NCBI GenBank assembly: GCA_013203805.1
Contig: JABMPH010000377.1
Location: forward strand, 116 to 32,115
DNA: 32,000 nucleotides
Direction: 5' to 3'
Source of the DNA: Bacteroidota bacterium
GTDB taxonomy: Bacteria; Bacteroidota; Bacteroidia; Bacteroidales; F082
The notes under the pieces are model-generated. The model searched no databases. It saw only the letters and a program-made list of their open reading frames with translations, and was not told the DNA's origin. How positions within the stretch are numbered: position 1 is the stretch's first letter; every line of letters starts with the position of its first letter. The position numbers and the translations under genes were made by a program. Below are positions 21,001 to 30,672 of this stretch, one piece after another.

Positions 21001-21534
21001 CCTTGTCGCTGTAAGTTGATCAAGTGCATCCCACGCAAAGGGTAACTCAATATCTTTTTCAATAACAGCTCCCAAACCATTATTTCTACTCATGTCAACA
21101 ATGTTGTAATATAAACCGTTAGTACCGCTGTTAACAGTTAGCATAAACACAAAATACAGAGAATCGGATTCAGGCCATGGAATAATAAGGTTACTTTGGC
21201 TACCAGTTCCAAACTGAACAAAATCAAGACCATTTTCCATTACAGTATGTTGCGAAGTGTGAATGGTATCCCCTTCTGCGTAAAACAATAAATTACCTAG
21301 CGAATCACTCATTGTACCAACGCCGCCAAATTCTTCATATGCTTTTCCATCATGCAAAACTTCGGGTACGCCAGAATTAAAATTTAGGCCACATTCTTTA
21401 CCAAAATACCATCGGTCGGCTTCTCTTTGGGAATATGTTTGTAAGGATATTAAGAGCAGTAGTAAGATTAACAGAAAACACCATGTGGTAACAAACCTGT
21501 TTTGATGCGTAATTACCTTTTGCTGATATCGCAT
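18004..21534 (-). CDS. Large cell-surface protein with PKD, Ig-like, SprB-repeat and cohesin-like modules and a T9SS type B (gliding-motility-associated, CHU_C) C-terminal sorting domain
   Basis: Signal peptide after ATG 21534 (MRYQQKV..WCFLLILLLLLISLQTYSQ). N-terminal ADRWYFGKECGLNFNSG region. SprB-type repeats (TCGGSTGVIRG.., HCDQQDGSIIISA.., GQNNGSIIITASGG..). C-terminus FPNAFTPNGDGLNDEFKP...IYNRWGALIY...WDGK...PGAYVYKI matches TIGR04131. Confidence 0.8.
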   Translation of the reverse strand: MRYQQKVITHQNRFVTTWCFLLILLLLLISLQTYSQREADRWYFGKECGLNFNSGVPEVLHDGKAYEEFGGVGTMSDSLGNLLFYAEGDTIHTSQHTVMENGLDFVQFGTGSQSNLIIPWPESDSLYFVFMLTVNSGTNGLYYNIVDMSRNNGLGAVIEKDIELPFAWDALDQLTATRHENKRDIWVITRKYRDDNYAVFLVTPDGINETPSLYPAPDRMEQDADYSWMKVSYDKKYLFSTSSWADITEICKFNNETGEIEFLYEHNMGEPTFGVEFSPDSKFAYISYNPPGPLSFAIRQHDMQYVENPSLFITTSVIIGEENGRVLQLATDGKIYCMENYDSIGSSPEYFVGVIHEPWKKGTDCLYERYAVNMFPGEPSAQTPSIFMDYLYRFEFEGICESELFQFTSNFNPVPDSIRWNFDDFLSGINNVSNELNPTHSFSDGGIFEVQVDVWYPSGRFEHTSREVEVIYSPEPDLGSDTTICDGQEVILNAECGPHNYLWSTGQIGSNHITVADSGWYWVKVTNNVGCFTIDSIYVGYHQPAIADITNLEVSPTTCGGSTGVIRGLDITGNPPLTYQWVDDLGNPIGTSIDIYNLIVGNYTLQVVDSNNCTTEIGPFNIFDAGDLLIQQIDYAHEHCDQQDGSIIISAINGLGSMLFYSIDNGATYSSNLGVFTGLSSGSYVVRVKDSSDCQSVYINNPVIIQNINSPEIIDIQIGASSVGQNNGSIIITASGGSDTLYYSHDNGLNFQINDGGFFNLTAGYYTCVVKDEIGCDTTFVVEVPQEVTIRLQAVAGDDEVCPGNSAFVPLVVSNFNDVGNFKTTLLYNEDLIVCQGFANANPQLEDSLEVMLFPAEGKVELYWASTAVTLPDNTTIADLVFQANDQGISFVEWDGSPGAGFFHNSTGLTIPVDYFLGTVKIYSELDVSVYGSSEICQAETLNLEAHVWFGNGGTTYLWTEPNGDTSSNMNLIIHNMQPSHAGTYSVIATDTVDCYSEVSVDVIIYPTLFPDFAVQDSIFMDDPFDLDAGTGFSHYLWNTGDTTQTLWINNDGWYSAKVESVDGCIGEDSSYVVFSSPPELIKMYFPNAFTPNGDGLNDEFKPVTNTIDIAPFTLLIYNRWGALIYQTNDISQGWDGKLDGELCLPGAYVYKIAYSSSFPSTTSSEIKMGTVMLVR

Positions 21535-21692
21535 AATTGTTTGTATTAGGTAATCTGGTAAAATTAGGATAATTATTTTCATAAATCTACCATTTCATGA
21601 AAATATTAGATAACAGATTCAGCAAAGAAAGAAAGAATAGTAAGTAACACCGCAAAATTTGAGCACTAGTATTTCGAGTTTAGGTGCAAATA

Positions 21693-22427
21693 CTATGGCA
21701 AATAATTCAAATCAATATTATTCATTGATCGGAAGAAATTATTAGCAGCTTTCGGATGAATTGCCTCCATTTGTTTAATCAGGTTTCGTGCCGTGGTTCG
21801 CTTTGTTTGATCTTCATAGGGGCATGTTTCAGTTTGTTTTGGAAACTTCCTAATGTTGGCATATTCCTGAGTATCTTTATTACTGACAAGGATAAGTGGA
21901 CGAATTATTGATATTGCCCCATCAAACATACTTAACTTAGCCGGAAGTGAACTTATATTACCATGATATGCCATATTAATGAGCAGGGTTTCTACTGCAT
22001 CATCCCTATGATGGCCCAGAGCGAGGTTACTAAATCCATGTTTTTCAGCATAAGCAAAAAGTGCCTTTCGGCGATGCCACGAACAAACGAAACAAGGTGA
22101 TTTATTACCTGTTTGTTCAAGATCAGCTTTGATAGAAACAAAATTTATTTTAACATCAAGTTCATTGCATAATTGCTCCAACAATTTCCTACTCACCTTA
22201 TATGGAACCTCCTCAACATCTATATGAATAGCCTCAATATTAAAATCCAGGAAGGGATACTTTCGCAATGTAGACAGTGCTTCCAATAATACCAACGAGT
22301 CTTTTCCTCCGCTAACTGCCACAAGTATTTTATCACCTGCATCAAATAGTGAATAATCAATAATGGCTTTTGCAACCTTATTATTCACATGTTGAATATG
22401 GTTTTTTTGATATTGTGAAAGTTTCAT
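21693..22427 (-). CDS. ttcA: PP-loop ATP pyrophosphatase, TtcA family (tRNA 2-thiocytidine biosynthesis-like)
   Basis: 244 aa. PP-loop VAVSGGKDSLVLL, CFVCSWHRRKALF (CxxC), LGHHRDDAVETLLINMAYHG, IIRPL, CPY. Colinear with TtcA. Confidence 0.7.
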   Translation of the reverse strand: MKLSQYQKNHIQHVNNKVAKAIIDYSLFDAGDKILVAVSGGKDSLVLLEALSTLRKYPFLDFNIEAIHIDVEEVPYKVSRKLLEQLCNELDVKINFVSIKADLEQTGNKSPCFVCSWHRRKALFAYAEKHGFSNLALGHHRDDAVETLLINMAYHGNISSLPAKLSMFDGAISIIRPLILVSNKDTQEYANIRKFPKQTETCPYEDQTKRTTARNLIKQMEAIHPKAANNFFRSMNNIDLNYLP

Positions 22428-22465
22428 AGTAAATGTTTCAATTTTCTGCTCAAAAAAGATGTTTT

Positions 22466-24085
22466 TTAATCTTCTTGCATATCTTCCTTCCTCTTTTCTA
22501 TAAACTTTAAAAAGCTGGTTGCAAATTCAGCTCCTGCCCTGCTATAATAATTATATACGTATGAAACTCCTGCGGTTTTCAGTTCGGTTATTTCGTGTAA
22601 ATAATGCCCCGGAGCACCCACAGAAAATGTCCTATATTCACATTTCGATAATGCACGAGCTGTATTAATATTTGATGAATGGTCATCCATGGTAAGAAGG
22701 ATGAATTCAACATTAGGCATAACTACATTCTGCCAAAAATTACTATCAGTTGAATCGCCCCACACAATATTTTTCTTTAATTCAGAAAACCTGGCCACTA
22801 CATCCTTATCATAATCAATTGAAATAACCTTATCCCCGAAGTCAGCCGAAAGTTGATGATAAGCAGCCCTTCCAACATGTCCCATACCACAAATAACTAC
22901 TCTGGCATCACCCAAATTAACAGGCTCATCATCAGGATGTGTACTTTTTGTATTCAACTTCATCAAAACTTCCTTGAATCTATCAAACAAGCTATGCGAC
23001 ATCACATTTAAGGGTGCGGCAAGCAAAAATGAAAAAGAAACAGCTAGGGCAAGTATTATCATCCATTGATTACTAATTAGTCCTAATTTAACCCCAATAG
23101 CGCCAGTTATTAATCCAAATTCACTATAGTTAGATAGACTTAGTGCACTGTGCAAAGCAGTTCGCGCCCTTAAATTTAATCGTGTAAGCAGAACAACAAA
23201 TAACGTTCCTTTAATGGGAATCGCAAGCATAAGAATAAGGGCTATAATCAATGAGTTTGCTGTAGGCAGACCCGACATCCCAATATTAAGGAAAAAGGCT
23301 ATCAGGAAAAAATCTTTAAACGAAAGCATCTGCTTCGATAATTCCTTCGCCCTTGGATGCGTTCCAACCAAAGCACCAATGATTAGGGCACCCAAATCCG
23401 GTTTCAACCCAACTAACTCAAACGCAATGGCACCTGTAACGAATGCAGCAAAAAATCCAAAAAGAGTAAGTAATTCACCATGGTCTATTACATTAAGTAT
23501 TTTGACAAATACCCACCTTATAATATATAAATATAGCGGTAACCCAAGTACCCAAATTGATGGAAACACACCCTTTGAAATCGATAAAAAAAGCACAGCA
23601 ATTATATCCTGAAGCACCAGAATACCAATTGATACTCTGCCATGGAATGAAGTCATTTCACCTTTATCTTCCAATACCTTAACAGCAAATACAGTACTCG
23701 AAAAACTTAGGGCAAAACCAATCAACATTGAGCTTTCCAGCGACATCTCGGTTGCTGAATATATACCTAACCAACTTATTCCAAAAACGAATGAACCAAT
23801 CAATAACACACTTAAAATCATGTGTAAAGAAGTGGTTAGCCATATCTCTTTTGTAAGAAGCGATTTAACATTTAACTTTAATCCTATTGTAAAAAGCAAT
23901 AGCATAACACCAATATCGGCAACAACATCCAATGCCATACCGCCCTCAGTGAATCCTGACAAGTTAAGCAAAAAACCGCCTGCTAGAAAACCAATTAATG
24001 GAGGTAAATTTATACGCTTAGCCAACATCCCGAGTACAAAAGCCACGGAAATCCAAAGGGCATCTATTGTCCAGAGTTCAAGCAT
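22466..24085 (-). CDS. Cation:proton antiporter (CPA2, Kef/YbaL-type) with C-terminal TrkA-N/RCK NAD-binding domain
   Basis: 539 aa with ~12 hydrophobic segments, followed by the Rossmann motif VVICGMGHVGRAAY. Typical Na_H_exchanger plus TrkA_N architecture. Confidence 0.8.
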   Translation of the reverse strand: MLELWTIDALWISVAFVLGMLAKRINLPPLIGFLAGGFLLNLSGFTEGGMALDVVADIGVMLLLFTIGLKLNVKSLLTKEIWLTTSLHMILSVLLIGSFVFGISWLGIYSATEMSLESSMLIGFALSFSSTVFAVKVLEDKGEMTSFHGRVSIGILVLQDIIAVLFLSISKGVFPSIWVLGLPLYLYIIRWVFVKILNVIDHGELLTLFGFFAAFVTGAIAFELVGLKPDLGALIIGALVGTHPRAKELSKQMLSFKDFFLIAFFLNIGMSGLPTANSLIIALILMLAIPIKGTLFVVLLTRLNLRARTALHSALSLSNYSEFGLITGAIGVKLGLISNQWMIILALAVSFSFLLAAPLNVMSHSLFDRFKEVLMKLNTKSTHPDDEPVNLGDARVVICGMGHVGRAAYHQLSADFGDKVISIDYDKDVVARFSELKKNIVWGDSTDSNFWQNVVMPNVEFILLTMDDHSSNINTARALSKCEYRTFSVGAPGHYLHEITELKTAGVSYVYNYYSRAGAEFATSFLKFIEKRKEDMQED

Positions 24086-24254
24086 AAATTGAGGTTAAAA
24101 ACACCGTAAATTTAGAATAATATGTTGGATTTTGATCATTTAGTTACGAAGCAAATGATTCGTCATTATATAGCATAATGCTTAAGTCATACAATGTCAG
24201 GAGGAATGGTATTGAAAGTTAGGGTACTTGTTGTTAATATTCTACTAAATTTAT

Positions 24255-26120
24255 CTAGGCAACCTTCTGATCAATTTCCTCTTCAATATCTAATTCTATT
24301 CGAAGGTTATTGATAATAAACTGCTGACGATCGGGAGTATTTTTACCCATATAAAATGACAGAGTTTCGTTAACCATTGATTCACGGCGTAGAATAACCG
24401 GATCAAGCCTGATTGAACTGCCAATGAAATGCTTAAATTCAGATGGTGAAATTTCCCCAAGTCCTTTAAAACGTGTGATCTCAGGATTTGGATTCAGTGC
24501 TTTGATGGCATTTATTCTTTCTTCAACGGAATAGCAATATTTGGTTGATTTTTTATTTCGCACTCTAAACAAGGGTGTTTGCAATATATATACGTGACCT
24601 GTTTTTACCAAATCGGGATAAAACTGCAGAAAGAATGTTAGCAGCAATAGCCTAATATGCATTCCGTCAACATCAGCATCAGTAGCAATTACGATATTAT
24701 TATAGCGAAGATTTTCAATATCCTCATCTATATTTAATGCAGCCTGAAGTAGATTAAACTCTTCATTTTGATATACAATCTTTTTGCTTAACCCAAAACA
24801 ATTCAAAGGCTTACCTTTTAAACTAAACACTGCTTGAGTTTGTACATCACGCGATTTAGTAATTGATCCACTAGCCGAATCACCCTCTGTGATAAACAAT
24901 GTTGTTTCGAGCCTTTTTTCGTGATTTGTATTAAGATGTATACGACAATCACGTAATTTTTTATTATGTAGACTGGCCTTTTTAACACTTTCACGTGCTA
25001 ACTTTTTAATACCTGCCATATCCTTACGTTCCTTCTCAGATTGCAGAATTTTCCTAAGTAGGATTTCAGCTGTTTCAGTATGAATATGTAGATAATTATC
25101 AAGGTTTCTTTTTACAATATCATTCACGTAGTTTCTAATACCCTGACCATCTGGCTCGATTGTTTGAGAACCCAGTTTGGTTTTAGTTTGTGACTCAAAA
25201 ACCGGTTCCTGAACTTTAATGCTAATAGCAGCAATTATCGATGAACGAATATCGCTGGTATCAAAATCCTTATTATAAAACTCACGAATAGTCTTAACTA
25301 TTGCCTCACGAAAAGCCGTTTGATGAGTTCCACCTTGTGTTGTATGTTGTCCGTTAACAAATGAATAATACTCTTCGCTATATGATCGTGAACTATGTGA
25401 AAACGCACATTCGAAATCGCCCTCTTTAATATGAATTATTGGATATTGAACCGGCCCATTGCCATTTATATTATGCTCAAGTAAATCAACTAAGCCATTT
25501 TTAGCCTGCATTTTAACCCCATTGAATACAATAGTGATTCCATTATTCAGGAACACATAATTCCAAAGCATTTCTTCGATGTACTCAACTAAAAAGTGGT
25601 AATTTCCAAACACTTCAGTGTCAGGAGTAAAAGTAATTATCGTTCCTTGCCTTTCGTCGCAATTAGTGATTGGCGGATCATTTAATACTACACCACGAAC
25701 ATACTCAACTACCTTTGTTTTGCCTTCACGAACAGATTGAGCCATAAAATCCTGCGAAAGTGCATTAACTGCTTTTGATCCAACTCCATTTAAACCAACC
25801 GCTTTTTTAAAAACCTTTGAATCATATTTGGCACCGGTGTTAATTTTACTAACACATTCATTAACTTTTCCCAGTGGCATACCGCGACCGTAATCTCTAA
25901 TTATAACAGTTTTATCGCGGACTGTTACTTCCACAACAGAGCCATGCCCCATTACAAACTCATCAATTGAGTTATCGATAACTTCTTTAATGAGTACATA
26001 TATTCCATCATCTGGAGAGCTACCATCACCAAGCTTCCCAATATACATACCTGGCCTAAGCCTAATATGCTCTTTCCAATCGAGCGATCTAATACTATCT
26101 TCAGTATAATCAGCAGACAT
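24255..26120 (-). CDS. parE: DNA topoisomerase IV subunit B (type IIA topoisomerase B subunit)
   Basis: 621 aa. GHKL ATPase N-box [30 protein letters not shown], Toprim [11 protein letters not shown] and [20 protein letters not shown]. The length and the N-terminus ([29 protein letters not shown]) fit Bacteroidota ParE better than GyrB. Confidence 0.8.
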   Translation of the reverse strand: MSADYTEDSIRSLDWKEHIRLRPGMYIGKLGDGSSPDDGIYVLIKEVIDNSIDEFVMGHGSVVEVTVRDKTVIIRDYGRGMPLGKVNECVSKINTGAKYDSKVFKKAVGLNGVGSKAVNALSQDFMAQSVREGKTKVVEYVRGVVLNDPPITNCDERQGTIITFTPDTEVFGNYHFLVEYIEEMLWNYVFLNNGITIVFNGVKMQAKNGLVDLLEHNINGNGPVQYPIIHIKEGDFECAFSHSSRSYSEEYYSFVNGQHTTQGGTHQTAFREAIVKTIREFYNKDFDTSDIRSSIIAAISIKVQEPVFESQTKTKLGSQTIEPDGQGIRNYVNDIVKRNLDNYLHIHTETAEILLRKILQSEKERKDMAGIKKLARESVKKASLHNKKLRDCRIHLNTNHEKRLETTLFITEGDSASGSITKSRDVQTQAVFSLKGKPLNCFGLSKKIVYQNEEFNLLQAALNIDEDIENLRYNNIVIATDADVDGMHIRLLLLTFFLQFYPDLVKTGHVYILQTPLFRVRNKKSTKYCYSVEERINAIKALNPNPEITRFKGLGEISPSEFKHFIGSSIRLDPVILRRESMVNETLSFYMGKNTPDRQQFIINNLRIELDIEEEIDQKVA

Positions 26121-26136
26121 CTATAACAATTTGCCG

Positions 26137-26144
26137 CAAAAATA
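26137..26144 (-). promoter_or_regulatory. TAnnTTTG -7 box (TATTTTTG) upstream of parE
   Basis: Plus-strand caaaaata, 17 nt upstream of ATG 26120. Confidence 0.35.
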
Positions 26145-26339
26145 GCAACATAACAATCGTCATAAACATATCTCTAAATTATTTGTTAAACATATATTGT
26201 TGAAAACATGCTTAAATAAAGGGATTCAGGAGGTTAAAGCATTTTTTGAGTTTCGTATATATATCTAATTATGGAAAAATTACTCCCCTTTGAAATAATT
26301 TTCTTATATATGCCAATTATTCCACCAAAATCATAATGT

Positions 26340-27314
26340 ATGGATGCACTTTACGCACTTGATGAAATTCGCCTAAATTTTAGCAGTAGCAATCTTCACA
26401 CACTAAATGTGGCAATTGCATTTGTGATGTTTGGCGTTGCTTTAGAGATAAAATTTGATCATTTTAAAAAACTTATATTAAATCCAAAATCAGCCTTTTT
26501 GGGTGTATTCTCACAGTTTTTACTACTCCCATTTCTTACATTTCTATTAACACTGGCTCTTCATGATTATTTAACACCAACAATGGCATTGGGAATGATT
26601 TTGGTATCGGCATGTCCAGGAGGTAATATCTCAAATTTTATTTCATCGTTGGCAAAAGGTAATGTGGCTTTAAGTGTTAGCCTTACAGCTATTGCAACTA
26701 TTGGTGCTATATTTTTTACTCCACTAAACTTCGCTTTTTGGGGCAAGCTTACAATTAATTTTTATTCAGCAGTCGATCCTGATATGCTGGTACGCCCGTT
26801 GGAAATTGATGCTTACCAAATGTTTCAAACTGTTTCAATAATTCTTGGAATTCCTCTAATTTCAGGTATTTTAATTAATAACAAATTCCCAAACTTTACA
26901 GCAAAGGTTGTTAAACCAATCAAACAATTTTCTATTGTACTATTTGCAGCTATTGTTATCATTGCGCTTGTAAAAAACTTCGAATATTTCAAAATTGCAA
27001 TAGGATATATATTCCTAATAGTACTAGTTCACAATGCTTTGGCATTGGGAAGTGGATATTTCCTTGGCTATATTGGTCGCAGACCAATAATTGATAGAAA
27101 AACTATCGCAATAGAAACAGGAATTCAAAACTCAGGATTAGCATTGGTATTAATATTTAACCCTAAGATTTTTCCACCGGAACTTGAATTAGGAGGAATG
27201 GCAGTTATAGCTGCATGGTGGGGAATTTGGCATATTATTGCTGGATTATTATTGGCTGGTTATTGGAGTAAATTTAGCTTTGGATTATCCAAAGCCAAAA
27301 CCGTAACAAATTAA
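26340..27314 (+). CDS. Bile acid:sodium symporter (BASS/SBF) family transporter
   Basis: 324 aa with ~9-10 TM segments. Family motifs: LNVAIAFVMFGVAL, SACPGGNISN, ETGIQNSGLAL. Confidence 0.8.
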   Translation: MDALYALDEIRLNFSSSNLHTLNVAIAFVMFGVALEIKFDHFKKLILNPKSAFLGVFSQFLLLPFLTFLLTLALHDYLTPTMALGMILVSACPGGNISNFISSLAKGNVALSVSLTAIATIGAIFFTPLNFAFWGKLTINFYSAVDPDMLVRPLEIDAYQMFQTVSIILGIPLISGILINNKFPNFTAKVVKPIKQFSIVLFAAIVIIALVKNFEYFKIAIGYIFLIVLVHNALALGSGYFLGYIGRRPIIDRKTIAIETGIQNSGLALVLIFNPKIFPPELELGGMAVIAAWWGIWHIIAGLLLAGYWSKFSFGLSKAKTVTN

Positions 27315-28663
27315 TGGGGCTAGTTAACATTGAAGAGAAATCGATTGGCTATGATCTACTCAATATATGGGTAAAATTTTGGCATAACAAAATTTACTAC
27401 AGAAACTTAACTGTATTAGGGAAAGAAAATATCCCTTTCGACAAACCTTTGATTTTTACACCAAATCACCAAAATGCTCTAATGGATGCACTTGCATTGG
27501 CCTTTAGTGTGAAAAAACAATTTGTTTTTGTAGCTAGATCTGATATTTTCAAAAAACCTATCATTGCCAAAATCCTTTACTTCCTAAAAATACTACCCAT
27601 ATATCGTGTAAGAGATGGTTTTGAAACGGTAAAAAAAAATAAGGACATTATTCATAAAACCATCGACATTATAACTTCTGGAAGCGCCATGGTAATACTA
27701 CCCGAAGGAAATCATTCGGGTTTCAGAAGATTAAGACCTCTAAAAAAAGGTTTCGCACGAATGGCATTTCAAACTGAAGAAGCAAATAATTTTGATTTAG
27801 ATATTCAAATAGTGCCCGTTGGTATTGATTACGATAATTATCAAAATTATAGAAGCTCACCAATAGTCAACTATGGAATACCGATCCCTGTACAGGAATA
27901 CACCGAGTTATATAAAGAAACTCCTGCAATTGCAATCAATAGCATTAAAGAAAGACTAAGTGAGCATTTGAAACCAACAATTGTAGATATTGAAAGTGAA
28001 GATAACTATGATTTGTATAATGAGTTAAGGGTTATATATCGATCACGAATGGCTGAAAAACTCGATCTCGATTCAAAGGATAATAAAAACAGGATTTTCA
28101 TCGATCAACAACTAATATCATCACTCTCTAGATACGAAAATCTGCACCCAAATGAAATATCTGATTACCAAAATGATATCCTTCGGTTTACTAAGTTAAG
28201 GAACAATCTGGGTATAACAAACAGCATAATTGAACAGAAAGGAATAAACATTATCACACTGGTAATCAATTCCATTGGATTACTGCTTACAATTCCTGTA
28301 TTTATATATGGAGTAATAAATAACTTACTACCATACTGGGTACCCATAAAATTCTCAAAAAAAATTCAGGACCCCCAATTTCAAGGCTCATTTAAGTTTG
28401 TAATATCACTACTATCATTTCCTGTTTTTTATTTAATCCAGTCTGCAGTAGTTCTACTAATCACTAAAAATTGGGAAATAGGTATGGGATATCTGCTAAT
28501 GCTCCCGATAACGGCTTCATTGGCATGGTGGTGGCGACAAATTTTTAATACGGTTTGGGTTGGTTGGAGATACCGGATATTAAGTTCAAAAAAGAATAGG
28601 GAATTTACTGAGATGCAGCAACTTTACGATAATATTATTTTATGGACAAACGGAATAGTGTGA
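27314..28663 (+). CDS. Membrane-anchored PlsC-family (lysophospholipid/glycerolipid) acyltransferase
   Basis: 449 aa. Acyltransferase blocks TPNHQNALMDAL (His..Asp catalytic block, here H-x5-D), FVARSD, LPEGNHSG (EG block), PVGIDY. Three C-terminal TM helices. Its ATG overlaps the BASS stop (TAATG at 27312-27316). Confidence 0.75.
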   Translation: MGLVNIEEKSIGYDLLNIWVKFWHNKIYYRNLTVLGKENIPFDKPLIFTPNHQNALMDALALAFSVKKQFVFVARSDIFKKPIIAKILYFLKILPIYRVRDGFETVKKNKDIIHKTIDIITSGSAMVILPEGNHSGFRRLRPLKKGFARMAFQTEEANNFDLDIQIVPVGIDYDNYQNYRSSPIVNYGIPIPVQEYTELYKETPAIAINSIKERLSEHLKPTIVDIESEDNYDLYNELRVIYRSRMAEKLDLDSKDNKNRIFIDQQLISSLSRYENLHPNEISDYQNDILRFTKLRNNLGITNSIIEQKGINIITLVINSIGLLLTIPVFIYGVINNLLPYWVPIKFSKKIQDPQFQGSFKFVISLLSFPVFYLIQSAVVLLITKNWEIGMGYLLMLPITASLAWWWRQIFNTVWVGWRYRILSSKKNREFTEMQQLYDNIILWTNGIV

Positions 28664-28925
28664 CAATAATGAACTGAGAATATCAGAATTAACGTATTTA
28701 CCATCAGCTTCTTTAACATATACAAAACTATTATTAAACCAAACCCTACTTAAATATTGGACGTTAAATTTATAAACCCAATTAATCCGATCCAAATAAA
28801 TTATAATTCATTATTTGTTTACTATATAAATATGAAGTTGTAAAAGCTACTGAAATAGGATTTAAAATGGTATGATATTTTTTACTCAAAATAAATTAAA
28901 TTATGTTTTAAAATTAAAAATATAG

Positions 28926-28933
28926 TATATTTG
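28926..28933 (+). promoter_or_regulatory. TAnnTTTG -7 box (TATATTTG) upstream of tRNA-Leu
   Basis: Exact consensus match 28 nt upstream of the mature tRNA 5' end, within a very AT-rich spacer. Confidence 0.45.
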
Positions 28934-28960
28934 CACCCCGAATTTAAGGGATAGTTCATT

Positions 28961-29042
28961 GCGGATGTGGCGAAATTGGTAGACGCGCTAGACTTAGGAT
29001 CTAGTGCCGCGAGGCGTGGGGGTTCGATTCCCTTCATCCGTA
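28961..29042 (+). tRNA. tRNA-Leu (anticodon UAG), type II with a long variable arm; CCA not encoded
   Basis: Hand-folded cloverleaf. Acceptor GCGGATG/CATCCGT (G1.U72 wobble) plus discriminator A. Anticodon stem CTAGA/TCTAG with loop CTTAGGA. Variable arm TGCCGCGAGGCGT. T-arm GGGGG-TTCGATT-CCCTT. Confidence 0.9.
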
Positions 29043-29054
29043 CAAATAAGGATT

Positions 29055-29093
29055 AAGGAACTGGATTTTTTCCGCCATTGGCGGAAGTTCCTT
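29055..29093 (+). terminator. Nested stem-loop downstream of tRNA-Leu (possible terminator or processing signal)
   Basis: Inner stem TTCCGCC-ATT-GGCGGAA (29070-29086). Outer stem AAGGAAC (29055-29061) / GTTCCTT (29087-29093). No canonical U-tract follows. Confidence 0.4.
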
Positions 29094-29322
29094 TATCCGA
29101 ACATTATTATAGAGTTCTTTTATTAATCAAATAATAGTTTTTGTTTGCACTAATGGGTTGTATGCCTACAATGATGCATAACTCCTGTTTCTCTGATAAA
29201 CAACCGATACTAAAGTTTTAACATGATCTTAAAACTGTCGAGAAGATTTAAAACATAATTTTATATTTCAACCTTAAATATTGCATCACGCAGTAATTTT
29301 TTGAACCAAACAACAAAATTTA

Positions 29323-30672
29323 ATGAATATCTCACAAGAATCGAATGGCGAGTATACCGCCATAATTCACATCAACCTCCACGAAAGTGACTATAGCGAT
29401 GCTGTAAATAAGCAGTTATCTGATTACAGAAAAAAAGCTAATATGCCCGGTTTTCGACCAGGAATGGTTCCGTTGGGAATGATAAAAAAGATGTATGGCA
29501 ATGCTGTATTGGTTGAAGAGGTAAATAAAGCTTTATCAGAAGCTCTTCAAAATTATATCACTGAAAATAAGATCAATGTAATTGGTAATCCTCTTCCAAA
29601 TACTGAAAAAACTACCAATATTGATTTTGCAAAACAAAAGGATTTTGATTTCTATTTCGATATTGCTATCGCTCCTGAAATTAACATCAAACTTAATAAT
29701 GATATTAAAGTTCCAAGTTATACTATTAATATAAGTAACAAAGAACTTGATAAAGCTGTTGAGGATGTAAAAGTAAGATTTGGTGAAGATGAAAACCCTG
29801 AAGTAAGTGAAGAAGGAGACGCCCTACAAGGTAAGTTTATTGAGGTTGACACCGAAGGTAATGTTGTTGAAGGTGGTGTTGAAAATTCTGGATTCCTAAA
29901 ATATGACGATATACAGCTTAAGACTATTCAGAAGAAACTAATTGGTGTTAAAGTAGGTGATTCAATAATTCTAAATTTATTGAATGCCACCAAAGGTGAA
30001 TCAAAAGTTGCATCATTACTTAATCGCCATGATGAAGGTGACGAAAAACTTAACTCCGATTACAAATTTGAAATCGAAAAAATTGTAAGAACTCATATAG
30101 CTGAGATTGGTGAAGATCTTTACAAAAAAGTATTCCCTTCGAAAGATATAAAAACAGAAGAAGAATTTAGAAATCTACTTTCAGAAGATTTGCAAAATCA
30201 CTATAGCCGCGACACCGATCGTCAGTTTTTAGGTGATACAATTAAAGAACTTATTAAAATAGCAGATATTAATCTTCCCGATGAATTTTTAAAGCGTTGG
30301 TTATTTGAAAGTAACGAAGGCAAAATTACTAAGGAACAAATTGATGAGCAATACGACAATTATGCTCGTACATTTAGATGGCAATTAATTGAAGGTGAAT
30401 TATTGAAAGAGCATGCAGAGGCAATGGAAGTTAAGGATGAAGAAGTTCGTGGCAAAGTAGCTGCATATTTCCAAACAATGGGTAGTGCCGAATTAACACC
30501 ACAAATTGAAGGTATCATCGATCAGGTTCTGAGTAATTCTGAGGAGAAGCGTAAGATCTACAATGATATTCAAGATGAGAAACTCATCAAACTATTTAAA
30601 GAAACAGTAAGTGCCGAGAATAAAAGCGTAACTACTGAAAAATTTATTGAAATTGCACAACAAATAGACTAG
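29323..30672 (+). CDS. tig: Trigger factor (ribosome-associated chaperone)
   Basis: 449 aa. The N-terminal ribosome-binding signature region GFRPGMVP, the acidic overall composition and the position directly upstream of clpP-clpX all fit tig. Confidence 0.85.
   Translation: MNISQESNGEYTAIIHINLHESDYSDAVNKQLSDYRKKANMPGFRPGMVPLGMIKKMYGNAVLVEEVNKALSEALQNYITENKINVIGNPLPNTEKTTNIDFAKQKDFDFYFDIAIAPEINIKLNNDIKVPSYTINISNKELDKAVEDVKVRFGEDENPEVSEEGDALQGKFIEVDTEGNVVEGGVENSGFLKYDDIQLKTIQKKLIGVKVGDSIILNLLNATKGESKVASLLNRHDEGDEKLNSDYKFEIEKIVRTHIAEIGEDLYKKVFPSKDIKTEEEFRNLLSEDLQNHYSRDTDRQFLGDTIKELIKIADINLPDEFLKRWLFESNEGKITKEQIDEQYDNYARTFRWQLIEGELLKEHAEAMEVKDEEVRGKVAAYFQTMGSAELTPQIEGIIDQVLSNSEEKRKIYNDIQDEKLIKLFKETVSAENKSVTTEKFIEIAQQID

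Noticed and set aside
23214-24092. Plus-strand ORFs 23214-23612 and 23820-24092
   Set aside because: They are antisense to the Kef-type antiporter. Membrane-protein genes in AT-rich genomes commonly give long antisense ORFs, and these have no motifs.
24255-26120. Considered calling this gene gyrB
   Set aside because: Its length (621 aa) and N-terminal sequence pattern match the Bacteroidota ParE type rather than GyrB. The call would still need phylogeny to be certain.
26228-26233. AGGAGG hexamer in the parE/BASS divergent intergenic region
   Set aside because: No start codon lies at a functional distance downstream. The nearest ATG opens only an 8-codon ORF.
29091-29103. cctttatccgaac resembles the tRNA-Leu 3' end (cccttcatccgta, 29030-29042), hinting at an att-like direct repeat from island integration
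   Set aside because: The two copies are only ~50 nt apart with nothing but a hairpin between them. There is no integrase nearby and the match is short and imperfect. It is more likely part of the terminator stem or a chance match.
29094-29322. Looked for a riboswitch or leader structure in the 230-nt region upstream of tig, and in 26121-26339 upstream of the BASS gene
   Set aside because: Only weak, short complementary stretches are present, and no conserved riboswitch core motif is recognisable by eye.
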